Source of the DNA: Candidatus Poribacteria bacterium
GTDB lineage: Bacteria > Poribacteria > WGA-4E > WGA-3G
Assembly: GCA_963663765.2 (NCBI GenBank)
Contig: CAXXUA010000004.1
Span: forward strand, 192,001 to 256,000
Direction of reading: 5' to 3'
Length of the DNA: 64,000 nucleotides
Part shown: positions 40,480 to 50,765 of the stretch, in pieces
How the letters are laid out: every line of letters begins with the position of its first letter
How positions within the stretch are numbered: the stretch's first letter is position 1
Position numbers and translations under genes: made by a program
The notes under the pieces: model-generated
What the model saw: only the letters and a program-made list of their open reading frames with translations
What the model was told of the DNA's origin: nothing
Databases searched by the model: none

Positions 40480-42687
40480 TCAGAATTTTACTGACAATTT
40501 CGAACCGAATGTTCTGGGTAAACCGTAATTAGCGAAACCTCCTACACCAGCAAAATTATGACCGTAACTGTAATAGGTTTCATCAGTCAAATTTTGTCCC
40601 CATAAGATTAGGTCAACCATTTCAATGTTTATTACAAGACGTGTATTTAACAAGCCATAAGCATCCTGCTGAATTGTATTTTCTGGATCAAAGAATATAT
40701 CTGTTTGAAATTGGTAGTCTGCTGTTGCTATAAGTGTAAGCAGGTCGTTAATAGGTATTTCATAGTTGAGTCCAAAATTCCCATTGAATTGGGGTGAATA
40801 ACCTTGTTTATTCCCTGAATAGTCTATTACTTCTACTTCTAATTCACAATCAGTAGTAATTGCTTTAATTGTTTTGTATTCTGTGATCTCTGTATCTAAA
40901 ACCCCAACATTAAGGGTTGCTGTTAATCCTTCTAAAAGTGCCCATTTAGTTTCTAATTCTGCCCCTATGCTAACACTACGACTCAAATTGTCACGACCAA
41001 TATTGAATGTTGCAATATCCATAATGGTATATAGTTGTTGGTCTTGATAGTCAATATAGAAACCGGTAAGATTAACTCTGATACGATTTTGCATGAGAAT
41101 TGATTTTATTCCAGCTTCGTAGTTCCAACTATATTCTGGGTTGAATTTAGCGGCATCTTCATTAGCTGCAAAAGAATTAAACCCACCCGGCCGGTACCCG
41201 CGTGTGATATTGCCATATAACATTACATTATCTATGACATCATAAGAGAGTCCGACTTTTGGAGAGACAGCGGTAAATGTCTCAGTATCTTCAATTGTAG
41301 CGGGGAATACACCTAAATTCGGATATTGATAGTTGTCATTTCCATCTTTGGTATAAGATCGACTCACATCTGCTTGAGCTTCCTCTATCTCAAAACGAAC
41401 ACCGCCATTTACTCGCAGACTTTTCGTGATCATATATTCAGCGTTTCCAAAGATAGAAAAACCTGTGTGTTGCTGTTCTGATACAGTAATTAGCGTATAG
41501 GGGAATTGCGTTGCTGCGTCTGGATCAGTTACGCAACCTGCATTGGCTATGCCAAATTCATTATCTTCCTGTCCATCTATATTGAAGTTGTATACAAAAA
41601 CACCTGCTAACCACTGAAGATTTTTCCATTCGGAATTAATTCTTAATTCTTCTGATAAGGTTGTAAATGTTCTTGAGAAATATTTCCTTGTATTGAGTTC
41701 AATAGGTAAGAAATCTAACTCATCGTCATGACCTGTATTGTCAGTGTATTGTAGTGATGTTATTGACATAATAGACAGATTATCAGTTTGATAGCCTATT
41801 TTCAAAGCGTTATTTGACACTAATGTTTCGTACGTTCCTTGCGTATTGAAGGATACCTTATAAGGTTTTTCTTCCAATTGTGCGATAATATCTTCACCAG
41901 ACGCACCAGCACCACCAACGAATGCTTGAGCATCTACCTCTTTTTGATTCAATGAAGAGTTTAATGAGAATGTGAGTTTGTCGGTTGGGAGATAGGTTAG
42001 TTGTAAATTGCCACCGTATCTTTGGTGTTCTAATAGATTGTCGGTTTCTAATAGGGTATTCTCAATATACCCATCTCTAAGTCTTGCATTCACACCAAGT
42101 CGGGTAAACAGTACATTTTCTATGAAGGGTAGACTAATACCAGCATTTGCTTCAATCTGATTTAGGTTTCCGTACCCAAACGATGCAAATCCTGTGGTTT
42201 GATTAGTTGGTGTTTTGGTTATTATATTGATTGCACCTGCCAAAGTATTTCTACCATATAAAGTGCCTTGGGGACCTCTTAACACTTCAATTCTTTCAAT
42301 ATCTGATAACACGCTTGGAAAAGCAGATGTGTTAAACATTGGAATATCGTCTACATATACGCCAACAACTGGTATTTCATCAATAGTGAAAATGCCTCTA
42401 CTGGAAATCATAGTATAAAGTCCACTACCATCATTATATGAGTTGAAATTTGGTGAAATACGTCCGACTTCTTTGATGTTACCAATTTGTAATGCTTCTA
42501 TTCTTTTGCTGTCTATAGATGAAACTGCAATTGGCACCTTTTGAAGTAACTCTTCCCTTTTTTGAGCAGTTACTGTTTGTTTTGGAAGTGCATAATCATC
42601 TGTTTCTGTATCTTCATTATCTTGTGCATAAGACATAAAGTTAAAAAATGAAAGGATTAGGACATAAATGTAGAATCTTTTTAGCAT
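40480..42687 (-). CDS. TonB-dependent receptor
   Basis: VTAQKREE, IERIEVLRGPQGTLYGRNTLAGAINIIT plug; terminal LSVKF. Confidence 0.93.
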   Translation of the reverse strand: MLKRFYIYVLILSFFNFMSYAQDNEDTETDDYALPKQTVTAQKREELLQKVPIAVSSIDSKRIEALQIGNIKEVGRISPNFNSYNDGSGLYTMISSRGIFTIDEIPVVGVYVDDIPMFNTSAFPSVLSDIERIEVLRGPQGTLYGRNTLAGAINIITKTPTNQTTGFASFGYGNLNQIEANAGISLPFIENVLFTRLGVNARLRDGYIENTLLETDNLLEHQRYGGNLQLTYLPTDKLTFSLNSSLNQKEVDAQAFVGGAGASGEDIIAQLEEKPYKVSFNTQGTYETLVSNNALKIGYQTDNLSIMSITSLQYTDNTGHDDELDFLPIELNTRKYFSRTFTTLSEELRINSEWKNLQWLAGVFVYNFNIDGQEDNEFGIANAGCVTDPDAATQFPYTLITVSEQQHTGFSIFGNAEYMITKSLRVNGGVRFEIEEAQADVSRSYTKDGNDNYQYPNLGVFPATIEDTETFTAVSPKVGLSYDVIDNVMLYGNITRGYRPGGFNSFAANEDAAKFNPEYSWNYEAGIKSILMQNRIRVNLTGFYIDYQDQQLYTIMDIATFNIGRDNLSRSVSIGAELETKWALLEGLTATLNVGVLDTEITEYKTIKAITTDCELEVEVIDYSGNKQGYSPQFNGNFGLNYEIPINDLLTLIATADYQFQTDIFFDPENTIQQDAYGLLNTRLVINIEMVDLILWGQNLTDETYYSYGHNFAGVGGFANYGLPRTFGSKLSVKF

Positions 42688-43101
42688 ATATTCTCCTTAC
42701 AGAATGTTTATAGTAGATTAGAGGTTTAATTGTATACTAATTAGTTGTATACTATTGGAGTGTATGTAAATAATTTCTCATGACGGATTATTTCTCATCA
42801 TATTCGCAAGTTGCATTTATCAGTATATTAGACCAACATGTAATGTTTTTGTGCGAGGATTTCTCATCAAGTTTTCAATAAAAAGTGGGATAATGATTTG
42901 AGGATGAACCTCATAAAATATAATCAAATGAAGACATATTTCGTTTTTTTGAAAACTTTTTATTTTTTATTTAATCTCAGTCATTGTAATAGTATTGTAG
43001 CAGTAAACTGTTTGAGTTAATTAGACAATGCTAACAGGACATTGTATTAAGGAAACAAGGCGGGAACACTCATCCCGCCCAACAAAATATAAACATTATT
43101 C

Positions 43102-43215
43102 TTAGCGATTTTGTAAACGTTCTTTCAACGCAGCTTTTTTCTTTTTCAAACGACGCAACTGACGTTGACGTATTTGTGTGCGTCGTCTGACCTGACCGCT
43201 TTTACTCCGTGGCAT
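43102..43215 (-). CDS. Small highly basic protein (37 aa)
   Basis: MPRSKSGQVRRRTQIRQRQLRRLKKKKAALKERLQNR*; AAGGAGG RBS inside the end of the upstream gene; below the ORF-track length cutoff. Confidence 0.7.
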   Translation of the reverse strand: MPRSKSGQVRRRTQIRQRQLRRLKKKKAALKERLQNR

Positions 43216-44347
43216 CAGTTTTACCTCCTTCTTCATAAGTTTTTGCGAGATACATTATTGACGATTGACATTGTGACTCCAGGTTTTTCATTGCGGTTGT
43301 TAGTTTTTCTTCTGAATGTGCATGTAGATGTACTCGATTTTCAGTTACAGTGATACATAGTTCTTGATCATATGTATAAAAATCAAGTTGTTTTGGTGTT
43401 ACATTATCAAGAATATTGTTGTTCATTCCATTCAATACATCCTTAATTGCCAACCCATCAAAGTTTTTATAGATAGCTTTTGCGGGAAGTGTTTCCAGAT
43501 CAGGTTTCTTTGGTAACACACGTTTTGGTGGTTCTATATCTGACACTAAAATGTTTCCATTGTCAACAATATCACTTTTAGTCACAACTGATTCAGTATT
43601 TTTTTCCATATTTTTAGTATACATATCTGATAATTGATCATCTTGGTTGTCAGTTTTTTTATTTTCAAGCAAACTTGAAAAAAGCTCTTTTATAAAAGGT
43701 TTTTCAAGATCAAGTGGTAATGGATTTTCAATAACAATACGTAATGTTTGGATACCTATTTCCTGAATTATTGGGTGTTCAACATAGACATTTGGTGGAA
43801 CGACTTCAAACAGTGATTGAGCGACAAAAACTATCTCTGCACGATCCCGATTTCCTGTTTGTTTTAAACGGTTCTCACATGCACTTAACGCAGAAAACAG
43901 TGAACGTACAAATCTTGGTGTCACCAGACTTAGAATTACTTCTGTGCAAAACTTTTCATGTATTTCAGAAAAATATGTTTCAAATTGTTTAATGTTACTG
44001 TCTTCGTTTATAATCGTATCATCTGGCTCAGATATGACATTTTGTTTCTTCTGCTCATCAAATTTAGCCTTTTCTTTTATCAATATGTCAACGACCAATT
44101 CTGCCATCTTATCGCTCATCAGTTCTAAATCAAAGTGGAGTTCTTTGATTTCTGGTTCGTTGATTAGATCATGGGTTTGCATTAGAAGTGCATGCAAACG
44201 TTCATCATCCATCTTCCCAAATGCAGGTTTTCGTTGTTTTTCTGCTGCGATTTTTTTCTGTTTTGATTTACTGTTCCGGTTGCGTTTTTCGCGCTTGCGT
44301 GCAACATTTGCGGACCTACTTTTTTTCTTTGCCATGAGTAATACCAC
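43202..44347 (-). CDS. Hypothetical protein with basic N-terminus
   Basis: Long ORF; K/R-rich N-terminus, acidic body; no recognised motif. Confidence 0.7.
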   Translation of the reverse strand: MVLLMAKKKSRSANVARKREKRNRNSKSKQKKIAAEKQRKPAFGKMDDERLHALLMQTHDLINEPEIKELHFDLELMSDKMAELVVDILIKEKAKFDEQKKQNVISEPDDTIINEDSNIKQFETYFSEIHEKFCTEVILSLVTPRFVRSLFSALSACENRLKQTGNRDRAEIVFVAQSLFEVVPPNVYVEHPIIQEIGIQTLRIVIENPLPLDLEKPFIKELFSSLLENKKTDNQDDQLSDMYTKNMEKNTESVVTKSDIVDNGNILVSDIEPPKRVLPKKPDLETLPAKAIYKNFDGLAIKDVLNGMNNNILDNVTPKQLDFYTYDQELCITVTENRVHLHAHSEEKLTTAMKNLESQCQSSIMYLAKTYEEGGKTDATE

Positions 44348-44408
44348 ACTGAAAGCGATCTGATAACAATATGAACTTTTGATACAATTATCATTAAATG
44401 TTTATAAA

Positions 44409-44437
44409 AGTATACATGCCAAATTTACTGATGTCAA
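44409..44437 (-). promoter_or_regulatory. Sigma70-like promoter
   Basis: TTGACA-N17-TATACT on the minus strand upstream of the 44347 gene. Confidence 0.7.
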
Positions 44438-44807
44438 GGTTTTATTTGTATGTGGGTGTGTAAAGTTTTTGTTACTTGTCTGAACAAGGATTTTCAAATC
44501 AAGAAATCAAGAAATCAAGAAATCAACGGTATGAATGCCAAAAGGCATTCCCCGGGTATGAATGCTAAAAAGCATTCCCTGGGTTTGAACGCCAAATTAA
44601 GACTAATTTATTAATCAGGTAATCATATATTTATCCAACGTTATGCATTCCCCGCCTACCAGGGTGGGTTTAGAATTACCTAAACATTAATTTATTACTT
44701 TTCATTCAAGGGGGAATGCATAAGTCTTGTTCAATAATCATCATAACTAACTTGATGGTTTTACCAATTATATTTGCAATCAGTATCCAAATTGTTCATA
44801 ATATTAG

Positions 44808-44973
44808 CAGGACTTACGCAGTTTACTTGATTTAATCAAGAATTGTGATGAAAATGATGTAATTATCAACATTTTTTGGGTTTCCAGCGCGCTTACAAAG
44901 CACCAAATCAAGAAATCAACGGTATGAATGCCGTTTAGGCATTCACCGCCTACCGTTTTTTGCGTAAGTCCTG
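44808..44973. mobile_element. MITE A copy
   Basis: Perfect TIRs; TSD ATTAG. Confidence 0.88.
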
Positions 44974-45068
44974 ATTAGTAATTAATATATGTCAGCAAGG
45001 TGAACATCAGGGGTTCATCTTATAAAAAACTAATGAAAAATCATTATTATTTCCTAAGGAGCAATTTA

Positions 45069-47870
45069 ATGCTATTTTCAGATAAAGAAAGTCAATATTG
45101 GTATGTTGTTATATTTTTGTTTGGTATCATATCAATATTACCAATGAATGCAAATGCCGATACTCTAAAGGTTGTCGTTCAAGACCAAGATACCGATGCC
45201 ATACCTTCAGCGAAGGTAGTGATTGGTGGTGAGGAACAGACAACAGATGATAACGGGACGGTCATGTTTAGTGATGTGACGGGTGCACAGACGGTGCAGA
45301 TTTCTGCTATCGGTTATGCTGCAAGACGGATTAATACCAGTGCTGGACAATCGGAATTGACTGTAATGCTTGCACCGATTCAAACCGTTGATACAGTAGT
45401 TGTAGTAGGTACAAGGAGTATTGGGAGACGCGCATTGCAAGCACCAGTACCGATTGATGTGGTTGAAAGAGAACAACTCAGTCTAACTGGTCAATCAGAA
45501 ACTGGTCGAATACTTCAGATGTTAGTGCCATCCTTCAACTTTGCGAGTTCGTCTATTAGTGATGGAACGGATGCATTACGTCCGGCAACTTTGAGAGGTT
45601 TGGGACCTGATCAAACACTGGTACTCATCAACGGAAAACGTCGTCACAAGAGTGCTTTAATTCACGTCAATACTTCAGTAGGACGCGGTACAGCAGGAAC
45701 TGACTTCAATGCTATTCCGTCCTCTGCGATTAAAAGAATTGAGGTACTTCGTGATGGAGCTGCAGCGCAATATGGTTCAGATGCAATTGCTGGAGTCATT
45801 AACATTGTGCTGAAAGATGATGTTGATACTGGTGATGCAAACCTGTATTGGGGACAAAATTATGAAGGAGATGGAGATACTTGGATCGGTAATGCCAATT
45901 ACGGTATGAAGGTTGGTGAATCCGGTTTTCTCAATTTAACAGCAGAATGGCGCGACAGATACCGCTCAAACCGAGCTGGACTCACAGGCGTTCAACAATA
46001 TAACTTGGTTAGTGAAGATGTTTGGCAAAAGTTGGGAATAAACCCTCCTGGAGACCCAATAGAAACAGTTGAAATTACGAATGTGGATGGTACGGTGACT
46101 GAAGAAGGCAGATGGTATGATCCGCGTGAATACGATTTCGAACGGCAAAATTTCCGTATCGGAGATGCTGATTCCACACAAAAAGTCGGGTTTTACAATT
46201 TTGGATTACCTATAATTGGTGGGATGGAACTTTATTCATTTGGTGGATATTCCACACGACAAAACAACAGTGCTGGTTTTTATCGTAGAGCCAATCAAGC
46301 AGATAGAACGGTCACTGATATTTATCCTGATGGTTTCCTACCTGAAATTAACACAGGTATTGAGGATGTGTCATTAGCATTAGGTGCAGCATGGACTCAC
46401 GAAGCAACCGATCTAAATGTTGATGTAAGTGTCAATCATGGATTAAATATGTTTGACTTCTTTATTTCCAACTCCATGAATGCAACCTATGGTGCAGCAA
46501 GTCCAACTGAAGCGGATGCAGGAGGATTTGAACTCTCGCAAACAGCATTTAATTTGGATGTTGTCTATCCTATAGAATATCAATCATCGTTGATTAATTT
46601 GGCTGGTGGTGTAGAATTTCGTCGAGAAGGATATGGTATACATGCTGGAGAAATAGTGTCTTGGACTGATGCTGGACTTGGTGTTGATGGTGCATCTAAG
46701 GGTATTCAAGTTTTCCCAGGTTTCAAACCAGAGAACGAAGTAGATGAAAGTCGTACAAATATTGCGGGTTATGTAGACTTTGAGTCATATCTGAGTGGTC
46801 AACCCGGAAGTGGGCTACTTGTTGGTGCTGCAGTGCGTGGAGAACAGTATAGTGACTTTGGCACAACAGTTACAGGTAAAGCAACAGCGCGGTATGACAT
46901 TACACAACAATTTGCCGTTCGTGCTGCGGGTAGTACAGGTTTTCGAGCACCTTCCTTGCAACAACTCTACTTCAATAACATCAGTACACAGTTTAAGTTT
47001 GACGAAATAACGGGTGAGCAAGTTGCACTTGAAGTTGGTACGTTCCGAAATGATAGCGAAGCTGCACGTGCACTCGGTATACCAGAGCTTAAAGAGGAGA
47101 CGGCATTCAATGTATCTGGTGGTGTAGTATTGAGACCGATTGATAGGTTTTGGGTTTCTGTTGATGGGTTCCTTATCCAGATAGATGATCGCATTGTTAT
47201 CAGTGGTAGTTTTAGTGCGGAAACGATTCCAAGCTTAGCCGAGGCAGGAGCAAACAGCGCACAAGTGTTCACAAATGTTGCACAAACAAGAACAACTGGT
47301 GTTGATGTTGCTGCTGGTTATCTCCACGCTTTTGATAACGAATCACTTCTCAATCTAAAGGCTGCTCTTACTTTTGCAGACACAGAGGTGATTGGCGATG
47401 TTGAAGCACCAGAAATGCTGGTTGGATTAGATTTAGAAGATACGCTTTTTCCATCACAGGAACGGTCTATGATTGAAGAGTGGCAACCGAATACCAGAAT
47501 TAATCTCAGTGCAGATTATATGGTTGGTGATCTTACTCTTAGTGGTGCTTTACGTTACTTCGGTGAATATACCATTCAAGAAGGAAGTGGTGAAGAACCT
47601 GACCGTCAAACCTATGGTGGTAAATGGCTTACCGATATACAAGCGAATTATCGCTTGAATGAAGGTCTTTCACTCACAATCGGTGCGAATAATCTATTAG
47701 ACCAAGTTCCTGATGAGAATTTGATTGGTCAGTCGAGAACTGGTGAATTAGTAGATGGCGCTGGTACAGTGATTGTTAACTCTCCTGGTATATTTACCTA
47801 TTCAAGAAGGTCTGCTCCGTTTGGTTTCAACGGCGGACTCTACTACGCCAAGCTTACTTATAGTTTCTAA
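45069..47870 (+). CDS. TonB-dependent receptor with N-terminal carboxypeptidase-regulatory-like domain
   Basis: VVVVGTRS, LRGLGPDQTLVLINGKRRH, IEVLRDGAAAQYGSDAIAGVINIVLK; terminal LTYSF; start uncertain (AGGAG before ATG 45069). Confidence 0.92.
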   Translation: MLFSDKESQYWYVVIFLFGIISILPMNANADTLKVVVQDQDTDAIPSAKVVIGGEEQTTDDNGTVMFSDVTGAQTVQISAIGYAARRINTSAGQSELTVMLAPIQTVDTVVVVGTRSIGRRALQAPVPIDVVEREQLSLTGQSETGRILQMLVPSFNFASSSISDGTDALRPATLRGLGPDQTLVLINGKRRHKSALIHVNTSVGRGTAGTDFNAIPSSAIKRIEVLRDGAAAQYGSDAIAGVINIVLKDDVDTGDANLYWGQNYEGDGDTWIGNANYGMKVGESGFLNLTAEWRDRYRSNRAGLTGVQQYNLVSEDVWQKLGINPPGDPIETVEITNVDGTVTEEGRWYDPREYDFERQNFRIGDADSTQKVGFYNFGLPIIGGMELYSFGGYSTRQNNSAGFYRRANQADRTVTDIYPDGFLPEINTGIEDVSLALGAAWTHEATDLNVDVSVNHGLNMFDFFISNSMNATYGAASPTEADAGGFELSQTAFNLDVVYPIEYQSSLINLAGGVEFRREGYGIHAGEIVSWTDAGLGVDGASKGIQVFPGFKPENEVDESRTNIAGYVDFESYLSGQPGSGLLVGAAVRGEQYSDFGTTVTGKATARYDITQQFAVRAAGSTGFRAPSLQQLYFNNISTQFKFDEITGEQVALEVGTFRNDSEAARALGIPELKEETAFNVSGGVVLRPIDRFWVSVDGFLIQIDDRIVISGSFSAETIPSLAEAGANSAQVFTNVAQTRTTGVDVAAGYLHAFDNESLLNLKAALTFADTEVIGDVEAPEMLVGLDLEDTLFPSQERSMIEEWQPNTRINLSADYMVGDLTLSGALRYFGEYTIQEGSGEEPDRQTYGGKWLTDIQANYRLNEGLSLTIGANNLLDQVPDENLIGQSRTGELVDGAGTVIVNSPGIFTYSRRSAPFGFNGGLYYAKLTYSF

Positions 47871-47885
47871 ATGTTTCTATACAAC

Positions 47886-48078
47886 CAGGACTTACGCAGT
47901 TTTCATGATCCAATCAAGAATTAAGACGAAAACGATGTAATTTTCAGCATTTTTTTTGGTTCCGGCGCCAAATCAACGGTATGAATGCCGTTTGGCATTC
48001 CCCGCCTACAAAGCACCAAATCAACGGTATGATTGCCGTTTAGGCATTCCCCGCCTACCGTTGGGTGCGTAAGTCCTG
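47886..48078. mobile_element. MITE A copy
   Basis: Perfect TIRs; flanks ACAAC/AAAAC. Confidence 0.85.
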
Positions 48079-48483
48079 AAAACTAACGTTATCTTGTCTA
48101 TCAAACTGGTGGATGGGATAACGTTTTTTCTTACTCTTAGGTGTCAATTTAGGGTTCTATTTCAAAGTTATACCATTTTCATGTGATAATGTCTCATTAG
48201 CAGCGGAAATCTGGTAGGAGCGACCTCCCGGTCGCGACAGGGAGGTCGCTCCTACCGAGGAGAGTAACCCCCTGCCAGTAAACAGTAGAATTCCTTAATG
48301 AGACAAGATTTATTTGAATTGGTATTATGTTCAGTTTAGCAAAACCAACGTCGCCATCTTGATTTGGTGCTTTGTATGCGCGCAAGTATGTCAAAACCCA
48401 ATGGATATCTATTGGTAATCTATTGGAAAACCCAATAAACAGATACCCAAAAAACTTCAAAAACCATAAAAAATCATATATAA

Positions 48484-48705
48484 CGACTTGTGCCAGTTAA
48501 CTAATTGTTTTCAAAGTTTTTACATATATTAGGTTTATAATGCACACATATCGTCCCTACGGGACTAAAGAGGATGTACGTATGACGTTTTCTATAAACA
48601 TATCGTCCCTACGGGACTGAAGATCGTTCAAACTGTGAAGGACACCTGCAAAACGTCATGCTTCTGTGAAACAATGATTAACATATAGTTATTTAGCACA
48701 ACTCG
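48484..48705. mobile_element. MITE family B copy
   Basis: Same ends and body as 20390-20612; flanks CATATATAA/TATATATAA. Confidence 0.85.
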
Positions 48706-48722
48706 TATATATAATATATACA

Positions 48723-49308
48723 CAGGACTTACGCAGTTTTCATGATGTGATGAAGAATTATGACGAAAACGGTGTAATTTTCAGCATTTTTTCGGTTTCC
48801 AGCGCGCTTACAAAGCACGCCTGCAGTGGGTGCCGCGCTTACAAGCACGCCTGCAGTGGGTGCCGCGCTTACAAAGCACGCCTGCAGTGGGTGCCGCGCT
48901 TACAAAGCACGGCTTGCAGTGGGTGCCGCGCTTACAAAGCACGCCTGCAGTGGGTGCCGCGCTTACAAGCACGCCTGCAGTGGGTGCCGCGCTTACAAAG
49001 CACGGCTTGCAGTGGGTGGCGCGCTTACAAAGCACGCCTGCAGTGGGTGCCGCGCTTACAAAGCACGCCTGCAGTGGGTGGCGCGCTTACAAAGCACGCC
49101 TGCAGTGGTAGGCGCGCTTACAAAGCACGCCTGCAGTGGGTGGCGCGCGGACAAAGCACGGCTTGCAGTGGGTGGCGCGCTTACAAAGCACACCTGCAGT
49201 GGTAGGCGCGCGGACAAAGCACTCCTACCGTGGCCGGATTAGTAGAATTACCCAAAGTATTTTTTAATCTTCATCAAAGCGCACCTACCGTTGGGTGCGT
49301 AAGTCCTG
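48723..49308. mobile_element. MITE A copy expanded by an internal tandem REP array
   Basis: TIRs intact; flanks ATATACA on both sides. Confidence 0.85.
48803..49230. repeat. Tandem array of ~14 x 30-32 bp REP units (GCGCTTACAAAGCACGCCTGCAGTGGGTGCC)
   Basis: Direct count of units; variants with ACAAGC and ACGGCTT recur. Confidence 0.92.
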
Positions 49309-49654
49309 ATATACAAAAGAAATGCACACAACAAAAACCCAATGCAAAACCAACACCCAAACACAAAAAACACACAAACAAAAAACCGTACCAAAAAATG
49401 AAATTAATTTCTCCAAAAAACACAACAATACCCCAATAAAGGCTTATAGATACTGGACGTATAACGATTAAACAAAACCGTACCGCAAACCGAGAAAACC
49501 GTGCCGTTTGGTACGGTTTTAATAGTAGCAAATTCTTAGGAAATCTCAAGAAATATTCAAACAATTTGCAGTGATTCCTCACAGAAAAAAGAACAAAATA
49601 AATAGCAACGACACCATATTAAAACCTAAGTTGATACCAATGTAGCACAATCTG

Positions 49655-49772
49655 CAGGGTTATTCAGTTTTAGATTTTTTTGCTGTTACCTGAGAAAATC
49701 GCGACCGGGAGGTCGCTCCTACCTGGGTTTCTTTTTCATAAATCCAAAAATTAGGAAAACTGAATAATCCTG
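49655..49772. mobile_element. Short MITE C-related element
   Basis: CAGGGTTATTCAGTTTT...AAAACTGAATAATCCTG enclosing a TCGCGACCGGGAGGTCGCTCCTAC REP. Confidence 0.7.
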
Positions 49773-49790
49773 CATCTGGAAGCAAAAGGC

Positions 49791-49820
49791 TTGACATTGT
49801 TAACCCATTTAGGATATAGT
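49791..49820 (+). promoter_or_regulatory. Sigma70-like promoter
   Basis: TTGACA-N18-TATAGT upstream of the DUF4159 gene. Confidence 0.55.
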
Positions 49821-49837
49821 ACAATGAATAAATCCAA

Positions 49838-50629
49838 ATGGCACCTATTGAATTAAAGAATAAACTTTTCTTATTACTTCCATTCCGATTTCAAAAAGAT
49901 GTCTATAAAAACAATCAGGATATATTCGTGTTAGAAAATAATTGGAATCCCTCAAAAAAGTCTTTTTCAAAATGCGTTTTTGCAATCGTGTGTTGCATGT
50001 TGTTCCTTGCGTTGATAAATATTCAAGAAGCAGGAGAACGTTTTACAATTGCACAAGTCCAATATGGTGGTGGCGGAGATTGGTACGGTGATCCATCTGC
50101 TATCAACAATTGGCTTCGACTACTACGAGAACGGACAGAGATTGAAACTGCAGATGATCGTGTCATTCTCAAGTTGACTGATCATACCTTGTTTCAATAT
50201 CCGATGCTTTATCTTGTTGGACACGGCAATATAAGACTTACAGAGAATGAAGTTTCAGCTTTGAAAAAGTATCTCACTAATGGTGGTTTCCTTTTTGTAA
50301 ATGATGATTATGGATTGGATAAGAGTTTTCGTCGTGAAATAAGTCGGGTTTTTCCTAAGCAAGAATTACAACCGATACCCAATTCACATCCAATTTATCA
50401 ATGTTTTTATGACCTCCAAGGACTCCCAAAAATTCATGAACACGATGGTGACCCCGCACAAGCTTTTGGTTTGTTTCACGATGGCAGAATGGTCGTGTTT
50501 TACGCTTATAGTGCTGATATTGGTGATGGGTTGGAAGACCCACGTGTCCATCCAGAAGACACACCAGAAGTTCGTGAACTCGCTGCAAAAATGGCTGTGA
50601 ACTTAGCAATATATGTACTCACTCACTAA
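49838..50629 (+). CDS. DUF4159 domain protein
   Basis: YGGGGDWYGDPSA, YPMLYLVGHG, GGFLFVNDDYG, LPKIHEHDG, DIGDGLED; true start probably downstream. Confidence 0.85.
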   Translation: MAPIELKNKLFLLLPFRFQKDVYKNNQDIFVLENNWNPSKKSFSKCVFAIVCCMLFLALINIQEAGERFTIAQVQYGGGGDWYGDPSAINNWLRLLRERTEIETADDRVILKLTDHTLFQYPMLYLVGHGNIRLTENEVSALKKYLTNGGFLFVNDDYGLDKSFRREISRVFPKQELQPIPNSHPIYQCFYDLQGLPKIHEHDGDPAQAFGLFHDGRMVVFYAYSADIGDGLEDPRVHPEDTPEVRELAAKMAVNLAIYVLTH

Positions 50630-50631
50630 AG

Positions 50632-50753
50632 CAGGACTTACGCAGTTTTCATGATCCAATCAAGAATTAAGACGAAAACGATGTAATTTTCAGCATTTTT
50701 TCGGTTTCCGGCGCGCTTACAAAGCACGCCTACCGTTGGGTGCGTAAGTCCTG
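50632..50753. mobile_element. MITE A minimal copy (122 bp)
   Basis: Perfect TIRs; TSD TAAAG; single REP. Confidence 0.9.
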
Positions 50754-50765
50754 TAAAGGAAGAAT

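Noticed and set aside
48747-49242. Cys-rich repetitive ORFs (KHACSGCRAY...)
   Set aside because: Translations of the REP minisatellite in several frames, inside a MITE, with no RBS
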